From positions 1,798,001 to 1,862,000 of the forward strand of contig MU058213.1 of NCBI GenBank assembly GCA_013265495.1: a DNA stretch of 64,000 nt, in the 5' to 3' direction. Numbering within the stretch: position 1 is the first letter of the stretch; the number at the start of each line of letters is the position of its first letter. The stretch comes from Vicugna vicugna. Lineage: Eukaryota. Positions 39,942 through 53,243 of this stretch are shown here, one piece after another. A program made the translations under genes and the position numbers. The notes under the pieces were generated by a model that was given only the letters and a program-made list of their open reading frames with translations, was not told where the DNA came from and did no database searches.

Positions 39942-40185
39942 TTTTCTTTTTTTACATTTTTTTATTGAGTTATAGTCAGTTTACAATGTTGTGCCAAATT
40001 CCAGTGTAGAGCACAATTTTTAAGTTATACATGAACATACATATATTCATTGTCACATTTTTTTTTCACTGTGAGCTACCACAAGATCTTGTATATATTT
40101 CCTTGTGCTATACAGTATAATCTTGTTTTATCTATTCTGCATATGCCTGTCAGTATCTACAAATTTTGAAATCCCAGTCTGTTCC
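39942..40185 (-). mobile_element. Young lineage-specific L1 3' end (camelid-like)
   Basis: T-tail then ttattgagttatagtcagtttacaatgttgtgccaaattccagtgtagagcacaattttt. Confidence 0.85.
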
Positions 40186-40249
40186 TTATTCTTAATGAGT
40201 CAATTTCTTATCTAGGCATTAGTCTGGAAAAGTCGAAATGGAAACAATT

Positions 40250-43200
40250 TTCCGCATATGCCCTGCCCTCACACGCCCATAGCCTCCCTCATTATCAACA
40301 ACCCCACCAGAATGATCCATTCATTACAACTGATAAACCTACACTGACACAGCATTATCACCCAAAATCCATTGTTTTACACTAGGGCTCACTCTTGTAC
40401 ATTCTGTGGGTTTAGACAAATGCATAATGACATGTATTCATGATTGTAATATCATACTGGGTATTTCCACTGCCATAAAAATGTTTTATATGTTACCTAT
40501 TCATCTCTGCTCCACTTTCACCTCCCCCACTGGCAACCCCCATTTTTTTTTAGTATCTCCTTGTTTTTGCTTTTTTAAGAATGTTATATAATTGGAATCA
40601 TACAGTATGTAACCTTTTCTGTTGGTCTTCTTTCACTTAGCTGTATGCACTTAAGATTTCTCCTTGTCTTTTTAGTACTTTAAAAACTCATTTCGTTTTA
40701 GCTGTAAATAACATTCCACTGTCTGGATGTACTACAGTTTATTTATCCATTCACTTCTTGATTGCTTCTGAGTTTTAGCCATTATGAATAAAACTCCTAT
40801 AAGTGTCTGTGTGCAGGTTTTTATGTGGACATAAGCTTTCAACTTTTGGGGATAAATACCAAGGAGCATGACTGCTGGATAGTATGGTAAGAGTATGCTT
40901 AGTTTTGTAAAAAGCCATCAGACTGTCTTCCAAAGTGTCTGTGCTATTTTGCATTCCCACCAACAATGAATGAGAGTTCCTGTTGCTCCACGTCCTCATC
41001 AACATTTGGTATTACCAGGGTTATAGATTTTGGTCATTGTAATAGATGCCAAGTAGTATCTCATTGTTGTTTTAATTTGCATTTCTCTGATGATACATGA
41101 TGTGAAGCATCTTTCCATGTGCTTATTTGCCATCTGTTTATCTTCTTTGATGAGGCATCTGTTAAAGTCTTTGGCCCATTTTTAATCTGATTGTTTGTTT
41201 TCTTATTGTTGCATTTTTAGAGTTCTTTGTATATTTTAGTAAATTCTCTTTTATGAAATGTGTATTTTGCAAATATTGTCTTCTGGTCTATGGTTTTTCT
41301 TCTCATTCTCTTGACATTGTCTTTCACAGACAAGTTTTTAATTTTAATAAAGTTCAGATTATTATTTCCCTCATGAATCATATCTTTGATATTGTATCTA
41401 AAATGGCATCACCATATCCAAGATCATGTAGATTTTTTCCTTTGTTATTTTCTAAGAGTTTCATAAGTTTGCATTTTACATTTAAGTCTATAATTCATTT
41501 TGAATTTATTTTTGCTTCTAGGTCTATGTCTAGGTTCATTTATTTGCTCGTGGATGTTCAGTTGTTCTAGCACCATTTTCTTAAGAGACTGTCAGCTCTA
41601 TTGTATTGCCTTTGCTCCTTTGTCAAAAATCAGTTGTATTAGAGGGGTCTACTTCTGGACTCCCTACTCTGCCGCATCTCCCAACTTTTCTGTATTTTTG
41701 CCAATAGCACACTGTCTTGATTATTGTGGCTTTATAATAAGCCTTGCAGTTGTATAGTGTCAGTCCTCCAACTTTGTTCTTCTCTTTCAATATTATTTTG
41801 GCTGTTTTGAGTCTTTTGCCTCTTGATATAAACTTTAGATGCAGTTTGTTGAAATTCATAAAATAACTCCCTGGGATTTTTATTGAAATTGCATTTAATC
41901 TATAGATCAGATCAGGAGGAACTGACATCTTGACAATATTGACTCTTCCTATCCTTGAATATGGAATAGCTCTTTATTTATTTAGTTCTTCTTTGATTTT
42001 GTCCATCAGAGTTTTATAGTTTTCCCCTTACAGATCTTGTACATATTTTGTTAGGTATATACCTCAGTATTCTATATTTTTGGGTGCTAATGTAAATAAT
42101 ACTGTGTTTTTAATTTCAAATTCCACTTATTCCTTGTTGGTATATAGGAAAGCAATTGACTTTTGTGTTATCAACCTTGTATCCTGCAACCTTGCTATAA
42201 TTGCTTATTAGTTCTGGGCGGCGGCGGGGGGGGGTCTTTTATTGTTGTTAATTCTTTCAGATTTTCTGCATAGACAATCATGTCATCTGTAAACATAGAC
42301 AGTTTTATGTTTTCCTTTTCAATCTGTACACCTTTTGTTTCCTTTTCTTGCCTTGTTACATTAGCAAGAACTTCCAGTAAAATGTTGAAAAAGAACGATG
42401 AGAGAGGACATTCTTGCTTTGTACCTGATCTTACTGGAAAAGCTTCAAGTGATTTTTTACAATTAAGTATGATGTTAACTGAATTTTTTGGTAGATAGTC
42501 TTTATCAAGTTGAGAAAATTCTCCTCTATTCTAGTTCACTGAGAGTTTTTATCATGAATGAGAAAGCATTGTGCAAATACCTTTTCTGCATCTATTGATA
42601 TGCTCATGTGATTTTTCTTTTTCAGTCTCTTGATGTAATGGATTATGTTACTCGATTTTAAGATGTTGAACCAGCCTTACATACCTGGAATAAATACCAG
42701 TTGGTTGTGGTGTATGGTTATTTTTATACTTTCTTGGATTTGGTTTGCTAATATTTCTTGGAGATTTTTGCATTATTTTTATCTTTGTTCCTCTATAAAT
42801 TTCTTATTCCCTCTTGATTCTTTCAGAATTTTTTCTGTATCTTTGATTTTCTATAATTTGAAAATCATATGCCTAGGTGTAGTTTTTTGACATTCATCCT
42901 TCTTGGTGTTCTCTGAGCTTCCTTGATCTATTGTTTGATGTCTGACGTTAATATTGGGAAATTCTCAGTAGTTATTGTTCCATACGTTTCTTATGTACCT
43001 TTCAATATTTCTTCTTCTTGTTATTTTCACTGTGCATATGTTATACATTTTGTAATTATTCCATAGTCCTTGGATATTCTGTTCTGTTTATTTTTCAGTA
43101 TTTGATCTCTGTGCTTTTCAGTTTTCAAGGATTCTACTGATATATTCCATAGCTCAGATATTCTTTTTTTCAGCCGTGTCCAGTCTACTAATAACTCATC

Positions 43201-44455
43201 AGAGGCATTCTTCTGTTCTGTGACAGCAGTTATATTTTTTATTTCTAGCATAGTATTTTTTTTTCACTTCTTAGGATTTTCATCTCTCTGTTTGCATTTC
43301 CCATCTGTTCTTGCAATGCTGTCTAATTTATCCATTAGAGTCCTTAGCATATTAATCACAGTTGTTTTAAATTCCTAGTCTGGTAATTCCAGTATCTCTG
43401 CCATGTCTGATATTTGGTCTGTCTCTTCAAATTGTGCTTTTTGCCTTTTGGTATAACTTGTCATTTCGTTCTTGGTAGCTAAACATGATGTACCAAGTAA
43501 AAGGAACTGCTATAAAAAGCCCTTTATTAAAAATCTATTTTTCTATATAGTGGCTAACATTTGCAAATCTCAAGCTCCCAGATTTATCCCTTCCTACCCC
43601 CTTTCCCCTATAGCCACAAGATTGTTTAGTATGTCTATGAGTCTGTTTCTGTTATGTAGATGAGTTCATACTGTCCTCTTTCTTCTTCTTCTTTTTTTCT
43701 TTTTTTTAGATTCAACATATGAGTGATATCATGTGGTATTTTTCTGCCCTGAGTAGTGTGGTGGTGAGGTGTGGGGGAAGCATTCTCTAGTCTTATGATT
43801 AGGTCTCAGTTTTAGTGAACTTGTGTCTCTGGACAATGAACTTCACAAGTAGTTCTCAGTTATTATGTTCCCATCTTAAGTGGAACAGGATGTCTAAAAT
43901 GGGGCAGAGTTGTGTATTTCTTTTTCCCAAGTCAGTTACGTTCTTATAACACCTTAGCAAGCTAGGCTCTGGTGAACTTCTTTCTCCTGGGGGAAGACCT
44001 TGTTAAACAGAACAGAGTGCTCTGGTATATTTTAAAACGGTTCCTTTTTCCCTTCCCCTGCCAGAACCATGAGGGAATTTTCCTCTGATATTTACTGTGG
44101 GAATCAGGTCAGGCTCCTGGAGGTAACTCTTACAATATTGTGGGGATGCCCTATGACTGGGTTCCCCCTGGCATTTTAACTCTCAGAGTTGTCCATGCTG
44201 TCTGTGCCTTCAGAAAATTGTCAGCTACAGTTCAGGTTTTCCTACCCAGCACAGGTTCCCCTGGAAGGTTCCACTCTTGAGTTTCTGCTTTGGTAGGCTG
44301 TGACTCCCTGTATTTTCCTGCCTGTCTCTCCAGTCTCAGAGGTTTGCCCTGTTTTCTCTCCTCTCTTATGGATCCAAGAAGCATTTTTGATTTTTTTACT
44401 TGTTGTTAGTATGGAGTGGCAACTTCTAAGCTCCTTGCAAGTGGAACTGGAAAAC
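40250..44455 (-). mobile_element. L1MC/MD-type element: 3' UTR and ORF2 C-half joined directly to ORF1 and 5' region
   Basis: ORF track 41623..41928 (MSVPPDLIYRLNAISIKIP...KNKVGGLTL...YYKATIIKTVCYW) is L1 ORF2-like; 43027..43251 (MLEIKN...KRISEL) is ORF1 coiled-coil-like. Confidence 0.9.
43530..43746 (-). mobile_element. Younger L1 3' UTR fragment nested in the older L1
   Basis: tatgtctatgagtctgtttctgtt...ttttagattcaacatatgagtgatatcatgtggtatt; flanked by gccctttatta / gccctgagta. Confidence 0.75.
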
Positions 44456-46265
44456 AAATGTCTCTTTAACCTGTATTTCTAAACTATATTACATATTACC
44501 CTAGCTTTTAAATAGAAATTCCTGCCTAATATTTAAACCTTTCTCAATGACTCATAGTCTTTACTATGAGCATTAATTAATTCACAGTTTATAAAATAGA
44601 ATAAGATTTTTAGGCTTGAAAGTCGTATTTGCCTCTCCATTAAGTGGCCCCAAACTGAAAATGTTGCAGATGCCTTGTACAAATTTTCTATCGCCTCTCT
44701 TGCTCCTGTTTGCTACTAGGAGGCCTACCAGTAGCCTCTCTGCCTTCTTCTAACCGGGAGCTGATTGGAAACCTACAGGACTCTCTGATAAAGAAAGTTC
44801 ATGGGTGCCCATTCACACCCATTTCTGTAGTAACTCCGTGACCTGACATTTCTTCTTTTAACATAGGTTCAATCAGAATAATTGTGAGATTTGTCCAGAT
44901 TTGGGTACCTTTGTGTTATGCTAACAATGTTTCGCTTTTCTGAATTTTCTCTCCAGGTTCCAGACTGTGAATTCAGGCTCCATTGGTATTGTATTCCTCC
45001 AGTAGGATTTAATTTTTCTTTCTTATCTAGATTCAGAGCATTGTACATGTATTTAAAATATTTATTTTATTTGCCTTGGAGTTTAATAGGTTCTTTATGC
45101 CTGTCTCCCTATGCCCTAGTCTATGCCACCACCATTGTATCCCTTCCCACTAGACCCTGATTCTAATCTTAAATACTGGGGTCTGTATTTAAGGTCAGAA
45201 CAGAGGCTTGTATTTGTTGTGTTTGAACATTCTTATGAAATGTGAATATGAAAACTAATTATGATTAAACCTGCTAAGTCTGCCTATCAACTCTTCCAAA
45301 AGCACACTGAGTGGATTTAAAGTCTCTGGGCTACAATGTTTCAAAGTGTCTCAGACAGCTGGGATAATCCTTCCTCTTCTCTGTGTAGTCTAACTGCAGT
45401 TGGGAATTTTCTCTACATTTATTCAGTGTCTGTGTATGATATTACTAGGGCTCCAGGCCCTGGCTACAAATCCTTGTAAGACAGATCACTTCTCCTTTGC
45501 CCAAGACTCTTTACCTTAGTCCAGTTCCTTTTTTCTTCTGCAGCTTTCTTCACTGCAGTTACATAAAACACAAGGCTCCCTTCCCCTCCCTGTGTGTTCA
45601 CTCCTTCCCGAGATAGTCTCTACTATTCTCCCTTTGGCTCCTGGCTGCTTTCCTGGGGCTTCCTGCCCTCCCAAGACCAGACATTTTGCTACCAGTTGTC
45701 TCAGACTCTCTGCCTACCATCTGCCCCATGGGAGACTGATTGTATTGTTACATCCTTCTCTTTCTCATTGTCTATATCATAAAAGAGTTATTTACTTGAA
45801 TAGAAGATCCATTCCCCCAGGAGACAGAACAGAAATTCTTTCTATGGTATTCCGGGTTTTCTCATTTTCCCTTTGGTAAAGCAGCAGGATCCTGAGGCTG
45901 AGTTTAAAACATGTCACTCTCTGTATGAGTTTCACTGGCCTTAGTAGCCTATTTTTTTTTTTTAATTCTAGTCTCATTTCATTGACAGAGTAGTAAGTAT
46001 CACTAACATTGTTATACTCTCCAATAGCAATTTCTATGTTTAGTCTTTTAATAATAATGAAGTTCAGTTTTTTATCTCTAGCAGTACCGATATTTTTTCT
46101 GGATCCTGTACTCTGTTCTCACCCTCTAGGATTCACATGTACACTGAACTTCACTTTAGAGATGTAGTTTTCCTTTTATTCTCAATCAACCTAACGGCAA
46201 TTAAATGAGTTTAGCTAATAAAAACCATTGACAGATGGATGAATGGATAATACTTTTCCCTAAAT

Positions 46266-46478
46266 CAGAGTTTCTGAATCTGGGAGCTATTGCCATTTGG
46301 GGCTGGATAATTCTTTGTTGTGAGAGGCTGTCCTATTAGCAGAATGTTTAACAGCATCCCTGACCTCTCTCCACCCACTAGGTAGTGGTCCTATCCCTAC
46401 AAGTTTGACACCTGAAGTGTCTTCAGATATCACCAAATGTTCCTGGAGGGCAAAATCACTCCCTGTTGAGAGTCTCTA
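46266..46478 (-). mobile_element. MER20 (hAT-Charlie)
   Basis: ctggataattctttgttgtgagaggctgtcct...tttaacagcatccctgacctct...caaatgttcctggagggcaaaatcac. Confidence 0.85.
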
Positions 46479-46549
46479 AATCCATTATACACCCAATTAT
46501 CAGTAAATAGTAATGACAAAATTTTTAACGTTTTTAAAGTTAATGTATA

Positions 46550-46715
46550 TTGAGCAAATACCACAGGCCAGGCTCTTTGGAAAATACTGTCTCACATAAA
46601 CTTATTACATGCTTAAAATCTTCTATGAATTAAGCATGAGGAAACAGAGAATTTAGAGAAAGTCATATAGCTAGTAAGTATTCCAAACCCCATGCTTTTT
46701 ATAACTATGTCATAT
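46550..46715 (-). mobile_element. MIR fragment
   Basis: tattgagcaaataccacaggccaggc; atgaggaaacagag...agtcatatagctagtaagt. Confidence 0.55.
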
Positions 46716-47489
46716 ATTTTACAGCTTGTCTTTTATGACATAGCTAGATCTATCTATTGTGTACCTTTCTTGGAGGATGAAGGGGTTTTTCATCTTCCTA
46801 GCTCTTTAATACTGAGACTAAGCATGGCACTTTGCCCACTGTAGATATTGAGGGTCACTAGTTGAACTGAGTATTTTTTGTTTGATCTGAGAATGAAATG
46901 TTGCCATATTTGGAAGAATAGATTCTTGATAAGTATTTGTCAAATTATTGTCTTATATAGTATGGAAAAGCCAGGTGGCTTACCCTCTATTGGTTTTCTA
47001 TATTCTTCTGAACTTTTACAGTGAAGGGTAGGGGAGTGATGGGGGTTCATTTTAAGATAGAATTTGTACTCCTTTTCATCTGTTTACTTTAATATTAACT
47101 CTATGAATCTTTTCCTTACATTCATTAATTTATTTCTAATTTGGTTTTGGTCAACAATCATAACCAGAGTAATGTTGCATTATCTTTACACAGCACCATT
47201 TTCTGAGGAAGTAGAACTATAGTACAAACACTATTCAATTTATCCTAAGTCTTTAGTAAGGAGAGTAGGGGTTACTATTTTTTCCTTTTAGTAGACAGGG
47301 TTAATTGGAGGCATTAAGTAACTGACACACCCAAAGATTATTAAATCTAATTCGTGACTCCATTACTAAAGTTAACTTCTCTATTAAGAAATAATAGAAA
47401 CCTCACTCTCTAACCCCCTATCTTGATTTAATCAATGGACATGGATTGTTTCCTACAGACAAATATTGTGGAAATGAAGAAAAACACAT

Positions 47490-47651
47490 TCATTTTGTGC
47501 CTACACTATCATGACTGTTCTGCTAGTCACTGTAAGTTTATAAGCCTATTTTGGACCAGGTATTAGCATCCCCATTTTAAAAAAATGAAAATGATAAGAA
47601 CTAAGAAAACTGCTCCAAATCTATAGCTAGAAAGTAGCAGAAATGGGTACC
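47490..47651 (-). mobile_element. MIR SINE (target of the adjacent L1)
   Basis: aggtattagcatccccatttta...agctagaaagtagcaga. Confidence 0.55.
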
Positions 47652-47663
47652 AAAAATGGTTCA

Positions 47664-48851
47664 GCATAGGCAAAACATTCTCTTACATAAATCATAGCTA
47701 TGTTTTCTTAGGTCTTTGCCTAAGACAAAAGAAATACAAGCAAAAATAAACAAATGGGACCTAATCAAACTTATAAGCTTTTGCACAGTAAAGGAAACCA
47801 TGAACAAAATGAAAAGAGAACCTATGGAATGGGAGAAAATATTTACAAATGAGGTGACCAACAAGGACTTAATTCCAAAAATATAAAAGCAGCTCATACA
47901 GCTCAGTATCTAAAAACCAAAAACCCAATCAAAAATGGGCAGAATATCTAAATAGACATTTCTCCAAACAAGACAAAGAGACGGCCAAAAGGCACATGAA
48001 AATATGCTGAATGTCATGATTTTTTAGAGAAATGCAAATCAAAACTACAGTGAGGTATCACCTCACACCAGTCAGAATGGCTATCATCAAAAAATCTAAA
48101 GATAATAATTGCTGGAGAGGGTGCAGTGAAAATGGAACCCTCCCAAACTATTGGTGGGTATGTTAATTGGTGCAGTCACTATGGGGAACAGTATGGAGGT
48201 TCCTTAAAACACTAAAAATAGAGTTACCATGTGGCCCAGCAATCTGACTCCTAGGCATATATCTAGAAATGACAAAAACTCTAATTTGAAAAGATACATG
48301 TACCCCAATGTTCATAGCAGCATTATTTACAATAGCCAAGACATGGAAACAAGCTAAATGTCCATCAACAGATGACTAGAATAGATAAAGATGGTATATT
48401 TATACAGTGTAATATTACTCAGCCATAAAAAGAATGAAATAATGCCATTTGCAGCAGCATGGATGGACCTAGAGATTATCATACTAAGTGAAGTCAGACA
48501 GGAAAGACATTTATATGTGGAATCTAAAAAAATGATACAAATAAACTTCTTTACAAAACAGAAACAGACACATAGACATAGAAAAATTATTTTCTCCATC
48601 ATTACCAAAGGAGAAAGGAAGAGGAGGGATAAATTAGGAGTTTGGTATTAACATATACACACTGCTGTATATAAAATAGATAAACAACAGAGACCTACTG
48701 TATGGTACAGGGAACTATATTCAATATCTTGGAAAAACCTATAATGGAAAAGAATCTGAAAAAGAATATACATATATACATGTATGATGAAATCACTTTG
48801 CTGTACACTAGAAACTAATACAACATTGTAAATTAACTATACTTCAATTAA
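47664..48851 (+). mobile_element. 5'-truncated cetartiodactyl-type L1 (ORF2 C-terminus and 3' UTR)
   Basis: aaatgggacctaatcaaactt, gaggtatcacctcacaccagtcagaatggc, gcagcatggatggacctagagatt, aactatacttcaattaaaaaa; TSD aaaaatggttca (47652-47663) / aaaaatagttca (48852-48863). Confidence 0.95.
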
Positions 48852-50486
48852 AAAAATAGTTCAAGTTTCAAAGGCATTTCCACTAATGTTGGGTTTTAAT
48901 TAATTTCCACAAACTTTTTTGTAAACAAAGAGCAGTCAAAACAAATCAGCACTTAAATAAGGTATGAAAAAAACCACAGTTGTTCAAGAATCAGTATTCC
49001 CACTGAAACAGAAAAGGAGGAAATAGAGTTTACCTTCTGGGGCCACAAGCTGTACATATGAAACTAGAGTATAAATTGGGCAGGTTCTGGAGGGGCTGAA
49101 AGTTGAAACATATTTACCTTTGCCCTCTCTCTCAGAATGCCAGTGCTGTGGAACATCACATGTATGGAAGGGCTGCCACTTTGTACTCCAGAGATTATTG
49201 TATTTCTTTAGTAGATGAAGTGATCCCAGGATACTCCACATGGCACTTTGGGATTCTTACAGATGAAAGGTGCTATATACATGTCAGATATTATTATATA
49301 GCACTTATAAAAAATGTTTCCACTTATTGGTGTGGACTCATTGTTGAACAGCTTAGAAATGATAGTTATTGCTGATAATAGCAGTCAGAATAACAGTGTA
49401 AATGGCCCTTTTTGCTATACTTTGCTCCGTATTCTACTGTTTTTTGCTTTATAATCCAGAGTGGCCTAGAACAAGAGAGGAGGATATTTGCTGACAAGGC
49501 TTAAAAATAGAAAGATGACTATTTTTCTTTTTGTGTTCAAGGTCAACAGCAAGAAAAGAATTTCATAAGTACATCATAAACAAAGTTAGGCCACAAGAAG
49601 TTAAAACAATTGCTAGAGTGTAATATTTTGCTTTTAAAAAACACGCAATGTGAATGCTGTCATCTTCTGACAGTGCGAGCATTATAATTCAAAATGTGTA
49701 CATTTTATTGGTAGAAAATGTAATATAATGCAATGTGTTTATGTTTTCAATCTAATTTTGAAATCTCCTTTGAGGACAATCATCTAGACCCTTAATTATT
49801 TGGCTTGGGCAATTGTGCTACCCACCTATGTCCATTAGCTTCCTGTCTTTCAAGCTTCTATAAGAAACCACTAGAGAGATGTGCCTATCACTTTATCCCA
49901 GTGTCACTGAACCCTTCTCAGTCAGCTATTATTCAGCCAAGTAAATAGTGCTACCCTATATCATTCTCACTATGTGCTCTTAGGGTAAGGGAGAAACTAG
50001 CCCCTTCACCATCAGTGTCTCAGGTCCCCTTCCCAGTGGGGGAAAAAGTGATGATTTTCAGATTGATAGCCCCATTCTCAAGCCAAATAATTGAGAAACT
50101 GAAACTTAACTTGGGTCGTTCCTTCTAGTTATTGCTCTTCTCTGCCATTCTTTTTACTTTGAGTGCTTAAGTCTTAGAATTAGTGACACATTTCTTCTCG
50201 TTTTGCCTATTTTTAACATTTAGTTTTCAAATGGACTTAATCAATCTGGTTGCAGTGTCTCTCCACAGAAGACATTATTTTACATTTATTGACATTTTTT
50301 TCCTTTATCTGTTTATGGATTTTGACACTATGGATCACCTTTCACTCCTTAAGTCTTGCCAAGACTGAGATTTCTAAACAGGCTTCACTCACTCTCTTTG
50401 CCACTATTGAAAAGCTTTCTGAACACTGTGTATAACAGTTCAGGTCTACTGATGTGTAGAATTCAATAGAACTCCACCTTTACACC

Positions 50487-51013
50487 TGTACTAGCTAGGG
50501 TTCTCTAGAGAAACAGAACCAATAGTGTAGACAGAGATGGAGATAGACAGATTTAAGAAATTGGCTCCTTCAATGAGTGTGTATATGTCCATGAATGACT
50601 GAAAAATTGTGCTGAACACTGGAATTTGACACAACATTGTAAAATGATTATAAATCAATAAAAAATGTTAAAAAAAAAAAGAAATTGGCTCCTTAAATCG
50701 TGGGGGCTGATTCTGGCAAGTCTGAAGTCTGAAGTTTATATGGCAGGGCTGTAGGCTGGTAACTCAGGCATGGTTTCTGCATTGCAGTCTTGAGGAGAGT
50801 TCCTTCTACTTTAGGAAACCTGTCTTTGCTCTTAAAGCCTTCAACTGATTAGATGGCACTCACCCACTTTAATCAGCTTTACTCAAAGTCTACCAATTTA
50901 AATATTAGTCATATCCAAAAAAAATACCTTCACAGCAAGACCTAGACTGGCGTTTGACCAAATAACTGGTCACCATTGCCTGGCCAAGTTGACATATAAA
51001 ATTAACCATCCCA
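50487..51013 (-). mobile_element. MLT2D-like ERVL solo LTR
   Basis: tgtactagctagggttctctagagaaacagaaccaatag...tttgctcttaaagccttcaactgattagatg...ccaagttgacatataaaattaaccatc. Confidence 0.85.
50571..50678 (+). mobile_element. Young L1 3' terminus with poly-A and perfect 16-bp TSD
   Basis: TSD aagaaattggctcctt at 50555-50570 and 50679-50694; target ttt/aagaaa. Confidence 0.92.
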
Positions 51014-51916
51014 ACTCCCGTACTCTTTTCCTCTACTCCAGAATTCGCTTGCCTTTAGTAGATAAAAAAATTGAATATGCTTTTATACTTATCAAGGATT
51101 TGGGTTGTTTTGCTTTTTGGAGTTTCTTATACCTTTTGCTTTTGACCCTTATTGTCACCAGCATTTGTTGTCTTCGGGGAAGGTGACAAGACACATGGGC
51201 AAAGAAAACATCTTTAAGTTTCAATAGACATTTGCATTTTGAAATCCTTAGCCCTATAATACTAGGGTAAAATGTTTATGTCACAAACAACAAATGGATA
51301 GGTAATGAGTCAGGCTACATCATTTCAGAAGAGGTAAAGATTATGGGGAGGGCAAAGAGAAAAAGACAAATAACTTAGTTGCAGGTGGGTTCCTAAAAAG
51401 CGATCCTGTGTCTCATGCACAGTCTATTTCCTAGTTAGGGGTGTGATGTAAAATAGAAACCTGAGATGGAATTCAGAATTCAAAAGCAGTAGAGAACTGT
51501 TTTTTGGTTGGAACTCAAGAATATTGTATGTTCAACAGAATGTTCCAGCATGTACATGACATGGTTGACACAGGCATGGTTGAGTAGAAATGCCTGAGAT
51601 AGCCATAATCATGTCCTAGGGAAGAGCAATCGATTGAAATCTGTTCTGTTCACCTCAGCAGGACCTGAGGGGCCCTGAAAGTGAGCCAGACCAGAGATGC
51701 CAGTTTCTAGAATAGAGGGCAAAAACAGCTGAGATATGAACGGACAGATGACCAAAGAGGCGGAAGCATGAGGCGGAACATTTTTTTTCTTCTAAACATT
51801 GTGTATCTGGGTATAATATTTTCTGTACATCTAGTATGGACAGATGGTGACTGAATAAATAAATAGTCTCCAGACACCTCCACCCCTCTACTACTAGATT
51901 GACATTACCTAAGTCA

Positions 51917-52048
51917 CAGGTGACCGTGCATCTCCATTTGCCTGGGGTATTCCTGATTTATACTGGTTGCCACATGTATAATTGTTAAATAGCAGTCCCT
52001 CTCACTCTAGAAAGTGTCTTACTTTGCACTAAAAATATGTGACCTACT
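51917..52048. mobile_element. MER94-like hAT-Blackjack MITE
   Basis: aggtgacc...tttgcctgggg...taattgttaaatagcagtccctctcactctagaaagtgtc...atatgtgaccta. Confidence 0.7.
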
Positions 52049-52389
52049 TAAGTCCTCAAAACTCAGAGGTGACATATGAGAAAAAGTGGAAAAATAAAGG
52101 GAAAAATCTAAAATAGAAATTAAATCAATTTACGTTGAGTTTTGGGCATATCTAAGAGTGTGTACTAAAATTCACATCTTTCCTAATATAAAAGGCACCT
52201 AACCCTCAAGTGTTTTTATCTTCAAGCCTGTTACAGCATGCACAAACCATTACTTGAATACAGTAGGATGTATAATATATTTTATGTACTCAGTTTCTAG
52301 CTCAAGTTCTTATAGTGCCTTCATTCTAACAGCAAATGGAATCCTCACTAATTTATTATAAGATGGAAAAAAGCAAGGGATAGTTTATA

Positions 52390-52850
52390 AAAGGCTTCAC
52401 AAGCCCAGCTAAAGTGGTTTGAAATAATTGCAAGGTTGTGAAAGAATGAGATTTTTGTTTTAGAGAGTTAGCTGGGGCAACAGTGTGGACTTGGTAGACA
52501 ATGGACTGGAGACAGAGGGACTAGTCAGGAGGCTCTTGTGGCAATTTGAACAGGAAATGTGTCTGAACTGAGGAAGTGACCGTGGGGATGCCAAAGGTCA
52601 GATTTGAGAGACATGTAGGAAATCAAATAGAAAATATTTGGAGACCAATTTTATCTTGGGAATGAGGAACAAAGAGGAGATTTGTGGAGGTAGAGAATGA
52701 GTTCTGTGTGGGACACTTTGTTTTAAGTTTCCTGTAGGATGTTTAGGAGAAGATGATTGTTTTTCAGTTGTATTTTTGGGTTTAGTGCTTGATGTGTGTG
52801 AGGGACATGATTTGGAGTCATGAGCATATAAGAGTTAGAGAAAGTAATAA
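52390..52850 (-). mobile_element. L2 fragment
   Basis: gactggagacagagggactagtcaggaggct; gagaatgagttctgtgtgggacac; gatttggagtcatgagcata. Confidence 0.7.
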
Positions 52851-53036
52851 GCATTGCGGAAAAAAAGAGGAAAAATATAGTGACTGCTTTCTCTTAGTCT
52901 CTCAGTAGATGTAAATTTAACCTGAGTAAGCTTTATGTTGAAGTCAGGCTAGAAGACATTATTCTGAAGTAAATAAAACAACATAACATTTTGTGAATTT
53001 CTGCTTGGGAATTTATGGAAGGATTTTACCATATAC

Positions 53037-53243
53037 CAGAGTTTCTTGACTGGGGACAACTTTGTCCCCCCGAGGGACATTTAGCAATGTTTGGAGACAC
53101 TTTTGGTTGTCATAACTTTACCGGCAGCTGGCGGTAGAGTCCAGGGATGCTGCTAAATATCCTACAATTCACAGGACAGCCCCCACCAAGCAAAGAATTA
53201 CCTGGTCCAAAATATCAATAGTGCTGAGGTTGAGAAACCTCTG
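53037..53243 (+). mobile_element. MER20 (hAT-Charlie)
   Basis: gggacatttagcaatgtttggagacacttttggttgtcataac...ccagggatgctgctaaatatcctacaa...aatagtgctgaggttgagaaacc. Confidence 0.92.

Noticed and set aside
42215..42234. gggcggcggcggggggggg tract
   Set aside because: Low-complexity expansion inside an old L1, not a promoter or CpG island
40775..43251. ORFs resembling proteins (41623..41928, 43027..43251, 40775..41005)
   Set aside because: Broken L1 ORF2/ORF1 remnants, not host genes
47661..48651. ORFs 47661..47897, 48354..48608 and 48391..48651
   Set aside because: Sense and antisense readings of the L1 ORF2 end and 3' UTR
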